Source: Vicugna vicugna
Lineage: Eukaryota
Assembly: GCA_013265495.1 (NCBI GenBank)
Contig: MU058009.1
Coordinates: 1,862,001-1,926,000, forward strand
Direction: 5' to 3'
Length of the DNA stretch: 64,000 bases
Shown: positions 11,801-25,387 of the stretch, one piece after another
How positions within the stretch are numbered: the stretch's first letter is position 1
How the letters are laid out: each line of letters starts with the position of its first letter
Position numbers and translations under genes: made by a program
The notes under the pieces: model-generated
What the model was told of the DNA's origin: nothing
Databases searched by the model: none
What the model saw: the letters and a program-made list of their open reading frames with translations, nothing else

Positions 11801-14800
11801 GAGTCGGTCACCGCAGCCCCCACCCCGCTCCACCCGCCCCTCCAGGGAGCAGCCCACTTCTCCCAGGAAGCTGAGGTCATCCAGTTGTTAACGTGATACC
11901 AGGAGATTCACTGATTTCTGCTTGGTCCAAAAAAACAATCAGGAGCCTCACTCGGTGTGCTCAGCACTCGCGTTTTAAGCAGCACGTCGGGTGGCTTCCC
12001 AGCTGTGCTTTTCCACTGTCATGCTGTGTAATTCAGACAGCGTTACGCAGCTGTGTGTTTAATATTACATTTTTTTAAAATGAAGGGAAAAGAAGAGATT
12101 TAGGGAGGGAAATGCTACGTTGAGCAACACCCTGTTGATCAATAAGGACTGCGATAAACAACTACTAAAACAAGGGCGGGTGGACATCAGTGCGATAAAT
12201 CTAGTTGTGGTATTTCCTCAAATGACAACAGGTGAGCCATGCCTTGCCTCAAGAAGCTTCTCAAGGAGGAGAAGGAAGGGTATCAGCTTCACCTGGACCA
12301 TTTTAAAGGCATGTGCCAGGCGGCTGTGGCCCCCCGACCCCACACCCCGTTCCTAGTTCATACATGCCCTTGGCGGGCGGAGTTGGAGCAGGGTGCTCTG
12401 AGAGTAAGCACATCCCACTGCCTGTGAAATCCCCTTCCCCACGTCACCCCACCGCCGAGAGCCAGGGCTTTATTCAAACACTCAGCGGAGAAGAAACGTG
12501 CCTTCGGTGCTCTGCCGCAGCCTCCTTTCTGCCGCCACATCATTGGTCTTTCCTCTTCCCCATGCCTGCGGGCACCCGGGCCCCTGGTACTGTCCCTGGT
12601 GCTTCGAAGTGCCCACGGTGTGACCTTCCTGCCCCTTGGGGCCTGTCCCGTGTCGTGACCTTTATCAGAGCTGCTCGCAGATGCTCCCTGGAGAAATCCA
12701 GACTCTGGTCAGCACCAGCTCGCTCTGCAATATTCATGACGGTGACGAGGCAGGTGGGAGCCCTGCTGCATTTTAATAAAGGAGAATGGCTCTAAGTAAC
12801 CCTCAGAGGGGGCCGAGGAGAGGCGCAGGGCTGCGGGGGCGGGGGCATTTGGGGGCGCCTTGACCACCAGAGCACCCCTCCAACTGGACTCGGCCAGCCG
12901 ACTGCTCCGCCCCCCCGATGGTGAGCGGTGGAGCACCACCGCCACCGCAGGGATGCCGGTTTCTCAGTGGCATTTCACACTTGCAGAGTGGGCCGTTTGG
13001 GTTTTGCATTTCCAATTCATCTCCAGACTCTTGACTGCTACTATTTTAGGCCTCCCACCTCTACCAAGTTTCGCTTTGACTCTGACATCTCATCCCGTCC
13101 CAGAGAGCAGAGCTGAGGCACAAAGTGAAATTGGCCTTGGTTGATGTACCTCCAGTTCCCTCACCACGTGGTCCTGGTTTGTAATAGAAACTACAAGTGA
13201 CCGCTGTTAGCTGTGTTGGGGCAGGGAGGGCAGAGCACTTTGGAACGAAAAGGCTAGATCTGCAAGCTCTCCAGAGGACCCCCAGGTGGTCATCTCCATG
13301 CAGAATATTCCAAATCCATTTGTTTGGCAGAATGCAATGACTTAGAAATTCTACAGGGAGACTGTTTGGGGGGCAGTAGTCGCTGAAATATATTTAAAAG
13401 ATGCTTGTTTAGTCTCATGCTCATAAACCAATTTTTTCTCCCTCTCTCTCTCTCTGTCTCAAGAGAGAGAAGCTTCTCTCCTTCCAGGTAGAGCTGTAGG
13501 GTTCACGGAATCTTCTAGTGAAAAGCCAAGGCATAGACCGCATCGTTTGTTATTTTAATATAAAAACCTTCCCCAAGTTCTTTTTATAGATACAACAACT
13601 TACTCTCTTCAGAGAAGCCTAAGATAATACATAACTTATTTCTCACGAAATAGCCTATTGGGAGAAGATAAAGTCTTTGAGGATGAAATTCTGTGGTTAG
13701 AGACACTAACCAGGACCTGCGTGGCTTCTCCTCCCCAGCCTCAGGGATCTGTAAGCTTTCACATGCGAGGATAAATAAAAAGTTTAACATGCCTCTGATG
13801 AAGTTCAAAGTCTTGTGTTAGGCACATTCTCAAGAGAAAGGGTAAATTAAGTGGGATTATTATTTTATCAAAATCTCACACACCCTTCAAAGCCCAATTC
13901 AAGCCCCGCCTTCTTCAAGATATTTCCCCCTTATTCCTGAAGCATTGCAGTCTCTCCTGAGGCCCCACCACACCCACAAGCTGTCTGTGGGCCAGATTAC
14001 AGGCCACCTGGTGGTCCTTCATTGCGAGTTTGGTCCTGTAGCCTTTTTTCCAGCCCTGTCGATATTCAGTAAATGCCACTGACAGTTGATGGAGTCACCG
14101 AGGAAGGAAAATCTAGTTTGTCAACTTAATTAAATGTTTGCTCAATCCTTCTGGTTCACTAAAGAAAGAACCAGAAGAAATGAGCCTTGGTTGACGCAAG
14201 AAAGATGAAGTTCTTATTTTCAAAGACTAAAACTCTGGAAAGGAAGAACAGCCACAGCTGTAGCGGACACTTTGGAGCACAGAAAGCATTTTCACACGCA
14301 CGACCTCATTTACTCACAAAAGCAGGGTGCAGGGATTAAATAGGCCATTTGCTTTTCCAAATTCTTAAATTTTAGGGGAAGCATTTTCCCCCCAAGTATC
14401 TACCTGTTACGGATAGGTTGACTGAGATTCAGAGAAACTGTCACTTGCCTAAGTTGACACTGGCAGAGGTGGGAGGCCAACCCTAATATAGACTTCTTTC
14501 TATTGCATCGACCTGTTTCCCTGTTTGAGATGGACTGAAGAGAAATTATGGAATTCTTCCCCATGAAAATCTTCAAGCGCCCTTAGTAACACCACAGATG
14601 GCCTTGCACGTGGTGAGATGCAGGTATCCCTCTTCCAAAGAGGTGGAAATCGTTCTCAGGATGATTCTGAAAGTTCTTTGAGCTTCCAGAGTCTTTGGGC
14701 TGCCTGTAAAACACTTATCAGTCCTGCCCAGTACCCTAGGGGAGTGAAAGGCAGCTTTTCTGCTATGAGTCATACTTTCAATTTCTGTTAAAATTCTTAT

Positions 14801-17244
14801 ATGGCCACATATGCTTTCTCTCAGGCTTTGGGCCTCCAGGCCTGTGCTAATTTGCATGTCTGGTTTAGATAATGTCTGAAGTCCCTTTCAGCCTGCAAAG
14901 AAGCCTTGGATTCTAATATATAAGTGAGACCACGTTCCACCTGCCGAGCGTCACCGGCCCTTTGTCTTTACTCTGCTTTGACGTGTGGACACTGGACTCG
15001 GAGGTGGGAGTGTTTCGTGCTCACCTACCGGGTCACAGAGATGAACTGAAGTCACCTGTCCGCTTCTCCCGCACTGAGCCCAGAGCACCTTCCTGCAGAC
15101 CACTTCAGATGCAGATTAAAAAGCTAATCACAGGAAGCACTGGGATTTTAAGTTTCTTGATTTGAACAGCAATCCTCAGTCAGTGCGAGGCTAAGACCGC
15201 AGATCGGGCAACTACCCTGATTCTAAAACTGTCAGAAATCGGCCAATTCTTTCATAGACTAAGCTCATCTTGCTTTTCACTCTCGCTCAACCAAACATCA
15301 AAAAGATGCTGTCAAGATGTTAAGCTAAGTGTTTCATCTTCAAACATAACGTAATTCTCACCAGATAAAGAATTGATAACAAAGAGTTGACTTTCCAGAA
15401 GGGCTCTGAAAGCAACGCAGGAAGCCCCAGTCACTTTGCGTAAGAGAATCATGGCGCCCTGGAGAGCTCGGGTTCGTGACGCTGGACAGGTCGTCTTCGC
15501 TCAAATTATGTTATCGGTGAGGCCCTCCCCGTCCCGGCACTGCCTCCTCCCTTTCGCCTGTTTTCTTTTAATCAGTAGCACTCGCCACCTTCTAATATAC
15601 GATGTGGTTTTACTGTTTGTTTGGAATGTCGGCTCCAAGAGCAAGGATGTTCCTCCAATGGCCATTGTGTTCCCAGCACGTAAGACAGCGTCTGGTACCA
15701 TAGTGGACATTCAAGAAAATGTTGTTGAGTAAATGAACATGTGTGGGAGATGAACTATGTGTTAAGTCCAGTAAGCTCCTTCTGGGGAAGAGGAAAAGCC
15801 TGGGGCGGGAGAAGGAAACGAAGGTGATAAGAGACAGCCCCTCTCTCCCCAAAGATGATCACCAAGCCAGGGCACAGGTGCCCAAGGCATTACACCAGGA
15901 GCCTGGACAGGCGAGAGCACTGCACGTAAGACCCTCACCGGTGAGCCTTGACCTGCAGAACTTTGGAAGGAAAGATGCCGGAGCTGAACTGGGCAGCAGA
16001 CACGAGACTGGATCCTGGGCCGCCAAAGAGAGCAAGGGAGACCCCGCTGAGGAACGCCGGTGGGAGGGGGTCAGATGGGGACCAGAGGGGGCTGAACACA
16101 GACTACCTCTCATTTATCCTCAAGCCCTGTTACCTAAGTGAGCTGTTAGGTTTTCTTTTTCCGACCTGGAATCCTCTTAAACCTGAGGCATATTTGACCC
16201 AAGAAGTATGCAATTAAGTTGCGTCTGCAGGGCTCAATGAGGAGGGGAGTTTGGGGCCAACACCTAATTAATCTAGTCCATATGAATTGCTTTTCCACAT
16301 AAGGCTGGCCCCCAAATCCCACTTTGAGGCCTTATCAAAATAAAGAGGTCATTTAGACTTGTGTGTCATTTAGACGCAGAGCCCACAGGAGGAACCCAGT
16401 GGAGGAAGGGTCCGGGCCCGCGGGGGCCCCGGGGGACTGTGGCAAGCCCGCCTGTCACGTGCCACTGGCCTTTCCAGACCCTCATACTTGGAAGCCATCC
16501 ATTTTTTTCAAGGATTTCTCTCACGTGTCCCTTCTTCCCTTCGCACGCGGAATTCCTGAAACAGTGCCTCCATTATACCCCACGCAGCGGGGCTGGTTCT
16601 GGGGCTCAGGGGCTGCTTGGATTCCAGGACAAGATCCTTGAGCAAAGGAAATCTGATCCAGGATATTTTTTTTTCTGTGAGTTCCAAGTTTGAGGAAACC
16701 CTTCCCTAGGTATTTCCCTCCTCCCGAGGCCTCCGTGGAAGCCAAGATCCTCTGTTGCTCTTTAGAACATAAGACGCCCCTGAGGTGGAGGCCGAGCTGC
16801 CCCGACCGGATGGGCTGAAATGAGGCGAGGACCCCGTTCTGAGTTCCGGGGCCGGCTGCGCAGGGAACTGGAGGTGCTGACAGTCTGGGGAGCAGGGAGG
16901 ACGCTCGGTCAGACCTCAGCCTAGTAATAGCCCCGCAGGCAGCTGGAAGCACCACACTACCATCTCCTGGAGCAGCCATTCTACACTGGGACCCAGGGTA
17001 ACCCATTTCTCCTCCTAAAAGAGAGCCATGCTTGGTTCGGATTTGGGCGTCACTGGGCTGGGAGCACAGGAGTGGAGTAGCCTTCCTCCTTTACATCTTC
17101 TCTTATCTCTTAAGAGAAGATGTAAAGGCCTTTCCTGCTGAGCTTTTTAGCTGTAATTCACCAAGATGAACATCTTAGAGATTCAAGCAAGACTGTATTA
17201 GACTCTGTGTATATTGTGTATATTTTTAACTGTCGTTTATCCAA

Positions 17245-17395
17245 TGCTTATTTAATCCTCCTAGCCACCCTAGAAAAGGTCTGTTATTAATCCTTCTTAG
17301 GGGCTCAAAAAGGCAGAGTAACCTTTGGACCAAGATGGTTCAGCAGAGTCAGTGGCGGCGCGGGGATCTGAACCCAGGGCAAATGGATTCTAAAT
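17245..17395 (-). mobile_element. MIR SINE remnant
   Basis: cttatttaatcctcctagccacccta...agtggcggcgcggggatctgaacccagggc. Confidence 0.6.
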
Positions 17396-20300
17396 GCCGT
17401 GACATCACCCCTGGGCCGCCAGAGAGAACGGGTGTCTTCACCAGGGCATCCGCCCTGCAGAACCTTCCACAGCTTAGGGGCTAGTTGCCTGTGCTCTGCT
17501 TTTGAAGTGGGAGGCCAGGCCAGCAGATCAGACATCTGGTGTGGTCTCTGACAGGAGTGATAGTGGCAGACAAGAGGCTGGTCCTGAGTTGGAAAGGCTC
17601 AGGAAACAGGGCAGGCCGTCATGGGTGGGGCCCAGCAAGAAGGAGAGCCCGGAGTGAGGCAGAGTTTGGTTGGTGGTCGACAGGTTCTGGTCCTCCTCAA
17701 AGGCTGGTCCTCTTATGACCTGGGACCTCGGAAGGAGAGGGGGTCTTGGAGGATCGTCTGGCCCAGCCCCCGACCAATAGTGAGGCTGCTGCCCCCGGGT
17801 ACAGTGGGTGTGGGGTGGTTTGGGCGATGGTCTTCCTTCTAGGGGACTTCTTGGAAGTTCGGGGCTTTGGGTGCGGGGTCCCCTTTGTTTGAGCTTTTCT
17901 CCTTTGGTGTCCTCACACTCTTCCAAGAAAGGAGGTCTGGATCGGACTGAGAGGAGCCTCTGCTCTGAGCTGGAGCGGCCCTGCCCATTCTTGGGCTGAA
18001 AGGTCTGCATTCAGAAGCCGGGCTTTCCAAGGATAAACAAGGCCAGGTGCTGCCAAGCAGAAATTCGAAGAGACGTTTCAGGGAAAATTCATCTTTTTCC
18101 ATCAAGTAATTGAAAGCACGGTCTTATGTCGTCAGGGGTGAAGAGAGAGGCTTTTGTGTGCTGCTGTCTCTCATCTCTGGCCTCCGGGTGAGGTCATGAC
18201 AAAGCATGGGGCTGCATGTTGCCGGGGACATTGGGCCTTTAGACGACGAACTGTCAGCATCAGAGCAGAAAATGTCTTTCCTGAGATGTTTGGCCAGATT
18301 TCTGGGACGCGTTTCACAGCTTCACACAGAAGCTGAGTTAACACTAGGATGTCTGTGAGAAGGTCACGTCCAGAGAAAGCTTTCACCTTCCAACAAGGAC
18401 TTTTCAGAAAAAAAATCTCCATGCTCGTATTTCTCCACCCCGGGAGGCTCTCCTGGAATCTAAGAGGGCATTTAATGTCAAAGTCAACCACACCGAGCAG
18501 CCCATAAAGGAGATACTGTTCAGGCCATTATATACGTGAGGCTGAATTATCCACAATGCCTCGCGCGCGGTGCCCAGATGCCCCAGAACAAGGCTCTGGC
18601 CTCACTTTGCTTTGGCAAAAGTTGATCTCAGGACTGCTTAAAACTGTAAGCTCCACGCAAAACCCTCCTGGTAGGACTCCTCTGAAAAGGCGTTGCAGTT
18701 CAGATTCGTCGTTCTGGTACCCTCTCAAGCCAGGGGGCACCAGCCATCACTGGAGTGAACAGCGAGTGTCACAATCAGGGTGGTTTTCTTCCGATGAAGC
18801 ATCTGCCACCACACGGAAGTTCTGAGACCAGCAGCTCTGCTGGTCCCTAACGGTCCCATTTTTGCCCACTGTGCCCTTGGCTGCTACTTAAGCATGTGTT
18901 TTCAGAAGTCAGTTCTCAGCAGACAGCAGGCAGCATATTCGGGGTGGGGCTGCCCCTTGGTCCAGGCACACCTTGCAGGAGAGCTCCCCAAGCTGACCGG
19001 CATCCAGGGGTCAGGGAGCCCCGACCCAGCCAGGCGTCGGGCCAGGGCAGGGAGAGTGTTTGTGCAGAAATGTGAGTCTTGGGGTCACTTCCTAGCCCAG
19101 GCTTCACCATTTTGGTTATAGATACATTTCTGCTTGTGTGTCTGCTGACCACACTACTAAGTTCTCATTTGTATGACTTTTAGTGGGGAAAAAAAGCCCT
19201 CATGTCAACAATGACATTGTTAAAATATATATAAAATAAAATGCAGGCTGTTTAAATGAGTGGCATCTCGTCCTGGACATCCCCCGGGGAAAAAGGTTTC
19301 AGCCTCTGCCCTGTAATGGGTGGATCGTTGTCCAGCTCAAAGGGCACACAGGGTTTACAGTCTTCACTCCCCATCGCCCAGACTGAAATCGCACGGAGAC
19401 TTCACTGAGTGGCGAGAAGTCGGGGTCAGGGCTGTGAATTCTCTTCAGCTAATAAAATAGGGAACAGCAAGAGAAAGTGTGTGTGTTTAGCAGGAAGGAG
19501 AAAATATTGGCCCCGTTTTCGTACATTCAGCAGATACTTACCGTGTTCCTGCTCTGTGCTGGGCACTGTTGTAGGTGCTTGGTTCTATCAGAGAACAGAA
19601 GAAGGCTCCCTACCCTTGCGGACCTGAGAAAGGGGGTGGAGTGGGGAGGGGAATTGACATGTATTCGGCAGGGCTGGAGAACGTGTTTCTGGGTCTGAAC
19701 ATTCTTGAGGTATATAACATGCAAAGACAATCATACTAATTGCTAGAATCTTCCAAGGCTGACTCTGCTGGAATGCCAGCTGTCCGCCTGGGACCCTCCT
19801 TGGGTACCCCTGGTTCTTCAGATCTCTAAGGCAGAACACCAGACCTCAGTCCCTGGCCTTGGCCTTTCCATCTTCGGCTTTGTCTCTGCAGTAGGACTTA
19901 CATCAAAACCATTGGTTTTCATTTAAATCGTACATTTAGTTGGTATCCCCATGAACCCCAGTGCCCACAGACAGCATTTGTTCAATTCCTCTGTAAATGG
20001 ACACAGGTGTCCTTTGTGGACTCAGGCGCCAGGGGCAGGATTTTCCATGCAAATAGGTGGGGATGAAAGAACAAGTAGGAGGGAGTCCTGTGGTCCCTGA
20101 TGCTCCGATTCCACACTCTGCTCCCGGACCCTCAGCTAACGACGCCCACCTACGGCCCAGTCCACGGCTGTTTATTGCTCTCTTAACTCCACAGGAGGAC
20201 ACAGTTCAGGCTGATTGCTGGTGGCTTCTCTTGTTTCTGTCATGTCATTTTTTTACCTACCAGAAGACTTTAGAGTTGGTTGGGACCTCAAAAGTCCTCT

Positions 20301-20542
20301 CAGCTAGGCTTCCCCGGGCCCCAGGCAGGCCTGTGGGAGACCTGGGTTCTCCAACAAAACGATGGGGCTCCCAAACACTTCTCTGATAAGGCATGGACTT
20401 CAGCGTGGTTGGGCACTTAGGGAAGAACCCAGCCATCACCCGCCCTCTGTTGGTTAGAGGGAATTCATCCAGGCCTGCTGTGACTTTAGCATGCTTGCTC
20501 TGCCCGTGAAGCGAGAATAAAAGAATAGGAAGAAAAGTTGAT

Positions 20543-20791
20543 AAGTCAATGGTTTTACCTCTTCTCTTCCATTTTAGCTTCTTTTTATTTCTTTTTCTTG
20601 CCTAATTGCTGTGGCTAGGACCTTCGGTGTAGCACAGGGAACTATATTCAATATCTTATAATAACCTTTAATGGAACAGAATATGAAAATGAACATACAT
20701 ATGTACATGCATGACTGGGACATTGTGCTGTACACCAGAGACTGACACATTGTAACTGACTATACTTCAATTAAAAAAAAAAATCAATGGT
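20543..20791 (+). mobile_element. Short 5'-inverted L1 insertion with target-site duplication
   Basis: Antisense ORF2 RT-domain piece at ~20554-20624 (reads KVLATAIRQEKEIK on -), then a sense L1 3' end with poly(A) at ~20627-20780. Flanked by aagtcaatggt / aaatcaatggt. Confidence 0.8.
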
Positions 20792-22059
20792 AACTCTAGC
20801 CAAAGCCATAATAGGCTAAAAAAAAAAAGGTTCTTCTTAATGAATATAACAGCTTTCAGAGAGGGTGGACGCCTCCAGCAGATGAATGATTGAGTAGAAA
20901 AACTGATTAGAAAACTTTGAGTCAGAGGTCTTATCAGCACAGTAAGCCAGAAGTCAAGTCAGAACTTCAGCTAACACACACCGATTCCTGGAACTTAGTG
21001 ATTTGTTTTTTCTTTCTGCATGAATCTGTCACTTTCTATTCCACTTTCTGTTCTGTTCCTGCTAGATTCACCTCCTTCCCCTCCCCCCACCCCATGCTCA
21101 CTCTATCCATCCCACATGTCACCGCAAGCTTGGCGCCCCATCGCACCCTGCTTTCATGGTACCGCTGCGTGTCCAAAACCTCTCCCGGTTTCCAGTGCCT
21201 GTAACCCAGGGCCAGGAAGCTTGCCGAGCAGCGGATGACATGACCTTGAACCTGGCCTCAGTCGCCTCTTCCAGCCTGCTCCCCCTCCATTTTAGTCCCG
21301 CAGCCCCACCCACGGCCGCCCCTGCACCACATTCATGTCTCATCACTCACCCCTTCCATGTGCCCACCACACTGCCCACCCTCTTCTCTCCAAGGAGGCC
21401 TCACTCATGTCCCCCCACCCCAATCCCACTTGCCACTCCCTCCTTAACCTCCCAGAACCTTAGTATTTCCCCAGCCCTCCTTTGGCCCATGAGCCGTATT
21501 TACTCACAATCTGTTATCTTCTATTTAAAGGCAAGGAAGGGGAACTTGTTTTACATTCTTTCACATCCACTCTATGGCCAAACACACAATAGACTGCAGA
21601 ATGCAGGCCCACATAAATTACTGGAGGCCTAACCAGCATCCTCCCGCACCAAAAAAAAAAAAAAAAACTTTGAAGAAACCGGCCTTTCCTTTCCTTGAGG
21701 GCACCCCAGCCTCGCACACACTCTGCAGACCCCAGCAAGACAGCCCAGACGATGCCCAAGAGAACCCTCAGCCGCATCCCAAGCTTGTACACAAGTTGGG
21801 TTCGTTGTTTGTTTTTGTTTTCTTTTGCTTTTTAGCAAGCAGAAGAATCTACTTGCAGGAAAAAAATCTCTTTGTGGAAAAAAAAAAAGCCAAATAAAAA
21901 TCAAAACAGACGACTTAAATGAGCCCAGCTCTGCCTCTCTTTGGCCCCCTTTCCCCGCCTTCCTCCTGTCTCCACCCCCTCACCCCCTGTTTGGCGTTTC
22001 ATGCCAATTGCTAAAGACTAATTTTGAAGCAGCACTGGCTTTTCCAGAGCCAGGAGGGA

Positions 22060-22250
22060 GGCGCGTCCGCACGGGGATTTCTCCACGAGAAAATCGTTTT
22101 TGTCTTTCGGTTCTTCTTGGCCAGAGACAAGATAGCGGGCGGGCGACGAGCCGGGCCACCTCCGCGGGCCCCATTCTGATTGGTGGAGACGCGCGGGCTG
22201 GGGCGGGGCGGGTGTGTTTCGCCCTGTCTGACGTCCTCGGATGAGGTTTG
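22060..22250. promoter_or_regulatory. Small CpG-rich element with CCAAT box and tandem GC boxes
   Basis: ctgATTGG (ATTGG at 22179-22183) and GGGGCGGGGCGGG at 22200-22212. Confidence 0.45.
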
Positions 22251-22889
22251 CGCTCCGTTTGTTCGGATGGTTTTTATGGCTGCTTTGTTGTCCACGGAAA
22301 GCCTTTGAGAGTCACCATTCTGCATCCTTAAGCTCCAGTGCTCATTCCTGCTCCGCGTCTGAGCGGGACTCACACCCTGAGAAAGGAAACCTTTCCAGCC
22401 AGTCGGTTAAGCAATTTCTGAACATGGTTATGGGAGCCTGTGGCTTCTTTCAAGAAAGGCGGTGGGATCACCAATGTTGAGGTTCAAGGGAGGACCCGTC
22501 GAGGCAATCTGGAAGCTTCTGTGCACTTGCAGGCAGGAAGCATCTCTCCAGCCCTCGTTTCTTGTTCCAGCCACACCTCTGGCCTTCCTTTCTCTGCGGT
22601 CATCGCCCAGGCCTTTCCACTATCAACATAAAAGCGTGAGAGGCCGAGGAGAGCCCAGAATGTGCCCACAGCATCCGTGCACTGAAGTGCGGGGTAGGAG
22701 CCGCTGCCCGGGACCTCCTGGCCTGGGCTGGGAGATGGTCCTCCCAGGGGCCTTTAATCCGGATGTCACCCACCTCCACAGAGCTGCATGGAGGGCTTTG
22801 GACATTTTTTTTTTATTTCTAAACTTAGATTATATTTGCAGAATGCTTTATAAGATGCCTCGCGTATGTTATCTCACTTGATCATTACC

Positions 22890-23240
22890 CGACTTCACCC
22901 ATTCAGCCTGTTGTAACACAGTACCGTAAGCCACATGGTTATAACCAACAGAAACGTACCTGGCACAGTCCTGGAGCCTGGACGTCTGAGGTCGCGGTGC
23001 CAGCATGGTCAGGTTCCGGGAAGGGCTCCCTTCTGGACTGCAGGCGCTGCCTTCTCGTTGTGCCCTCACGTGGCAGGAAGTGGGCAGACTGCCTTTATGG
23101 CTTCTTCTTAAAAGGGCACTAATTCCATTCAGGGAGGCTCCACCCTTACAACTAAATCACCTCCCAAAGACCCTACTTCCTAAAACCGTCACATTGAGGG
23201 TTAGGTATTAACATGTGAATTTGGGGAGGACAAACATTTA
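22890..23240. mobile_element. MLT1-type (ERVL-MaLR) solo LTR
   Basis: cacagtcctggagcctggacgtctgagg...aagggcactaattccattc...aatcacctcccaaagaccctacttcctaaaaccgtcacattgagggttagg...tgaatttggggagga matches recalled MLT1A-C consensus motifs. Confidence 0.8.
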
Positions 23241-23621
23241 GTTGGTACGGTGAGCACAGCCCTGTAAGGTGGATAAAGCATGTGAATGTTTACTTCCTTT
23301 TAAAAAAAAAATGAGGTCCAAGGATGTCTTGATTCATCCAAGGTCTCACAACAGATAGTGGCAGGGACAGAACTTGAACTAAGCCTCTGACTTCGAGTTT
23401 GGGTTCTTCCCATTACTTTGGGGCTCCCAACCCAGGTGCCAGTGTCCCTTCTACTCATCCCCCCTTGACCCCGGGGGAAGAGTATGCTTCTGGAATTTAA
23501 TGATGCTCAGAAAGTTATTGCTGAACTAAATTTAATGTCTCCTAAGGGCTGAAAGATCATCTTCACGCAGCCTTTCTGGAGAGCAGGAGATGCTAATGTA
23601 CCTCTTTGTCGTTTCCATTAG

Positions 23622-23687
23622 ACCCTTCCTATGACTCAGTCCGGAGAGGCGGGTGGGGCAACAGCATGAATTCTGGCCTCAACAAGA
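23622..23687 (+). CDS. FLI1: FLI1 internal coding exon (human exon 6), 66 bp
   Basis: Acceptor gtttccattag| and donor |gtaagt. Translates (D)[21 protein letters not shown](S). Confidence 0.96.
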
Positions 23688-25327
23688 GTAAGTAAACATC
23701 ACTCTGTTCTTTGGGAGGAAAGCCTCTTTCCGAGGGCTGGCTGGAGAACAGGGTCACGAGATAAAGGAGGAGAGGAGTGAGCATTTTGTGTTCCTGCTTT
23801 GTGAGTGGACATCAAAATCCACTGCCAATGTCGGGCCTGCCAGTGACACCCAGTTCTGGAAAGCTGGTGTGGGATTTTCACTCAGCCCTTTGAGTTTCAT
23901 TTCACTGCATTTGGTTTTAGAACTATTGGAGTAGGGAGGTTTCTCAGGACAAGATTCGAAATGATAGAAAAATCATTGGATTTAGATTCTGTCATTTCTG
24001 TTATGATAATGACCTTCTTGACTTTGCTTCTCTGATTGTCAAGATGGGGTCATATCAACATCTCTACCCTGTTCCCAGAAAGGCTGAGAAGGAGGATAAC
24101 CTGATAAGGAGAAGGTGGGGGTCTAACACATCAGTTTGTGTTGGAGTCTGACCCAAAATTTTCCAATAAGGGAGAAGGAAGAGAGAATGACTCAAACTCC
24201 TGACCCCAAATGTGTCGCTCTTGCTATCCCTAGGAAGTAAAATGTCAAGGTCAGGAATAGATGGGGAATTTTTTCAAGAAAGAGGTTGGGGTTACAAATT
24301 AATGCCCAAGCAGTAAACAAGACCCTTTTTAATAAGATGTATTATCTGTTTACTCTGTACCCAGCCCTTGGCCCAGTGATGAATTAGACTCAGACCAACA
24401 TCTCAGGCAGGAGAGAGGGACCATGCATACATGTAACTCTTCCATCTGGGTGGTACTGGGAAGGCCTTGTGGGCCAGGGACCCTAGGAGTCGGCTCCGGA
24501 AGGAGAAGCAGGATTTGGACCTGCAGGGATGGGGAGGAAAAGCCCTCCTCCCAGGAGAGGTGGGGGCCAGGGAAAGACAGCAAGGTTGTCATGTCTGTGC
24601 GGCAGGGAGGACTCGGGTTCCTGGAGGTTAGGATGCACAAAGGGAAAGAAAGCTGGAAAGGAAGGAAGAGGGCGTGAAGATGCTATGAAGATAGATCTCA
24701 ATTCTTTAGTCAACAGTGAGTCACTTAGGGTTTCGGATGGTGGAGTGAAATCGTTTAGGAAGATTAAACTGGCTAAATAGCACATGATGGGTCAGTGGGA
24801 AGGGAGAGGAGTGGTGAAGATGCCAGTCAGAACAAGCCATGGATGCTGCAAGAGTGACGCAGATCTAATGCAGAGACGTGATGACAGGTGTGGGAAGGGT
24901 GTACGTAAGAGACACCCTGGAGGGGAGCTCACAAAACATGGCAACATCGGGGCAGGTGACCTGTACTCAGAGGTCTCCCTCTCATTAAGGACCTTTCTAA
25001 ATTTTCGATTTAAAAATGAAATCTGCAGCCCCAATACCACTAGACATGCTCTGCTACGTTTTTATTGCTGTTTGTCATTGTCTCCCCATTAAAATGCAAA
25101 GTTCCACCAGGAACTGCTGGTTCGAGGCTGAATCTCCAGCACTGAGGACAGTGCCAGCACATAGTAGCTTCTAGACAAATATTTATAAAGTGAAATGAAT
25201 AGACGAGCGAGTAGAGTGAGTGAGTGAAAGAACGGAGGAGAAAGCACGTGTCCTCCTTTGACGAGGTGTTCCCCTCCCCTCGTGGAGAACGGCCCCACTT
25301 ACACCATTTCTTTTCTTCTTGCTGCAG

Positions 25328-25387
25328 GTCCCCCCCTTGCAGGAGCACAGACAATGAGTAAGGGTACTGAGCAGCGGCCCCAGCCAG
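25328..25387 (+). CDS. FLI1: FLI1 internal coding exon (human exon 7), 60 bp
   Basis: Acceptor ttcttgctgcag| and donor |gtacct. Translates (S)PPLAGAQTMSKGTEQRPQP(D). Confidence 0.95.
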
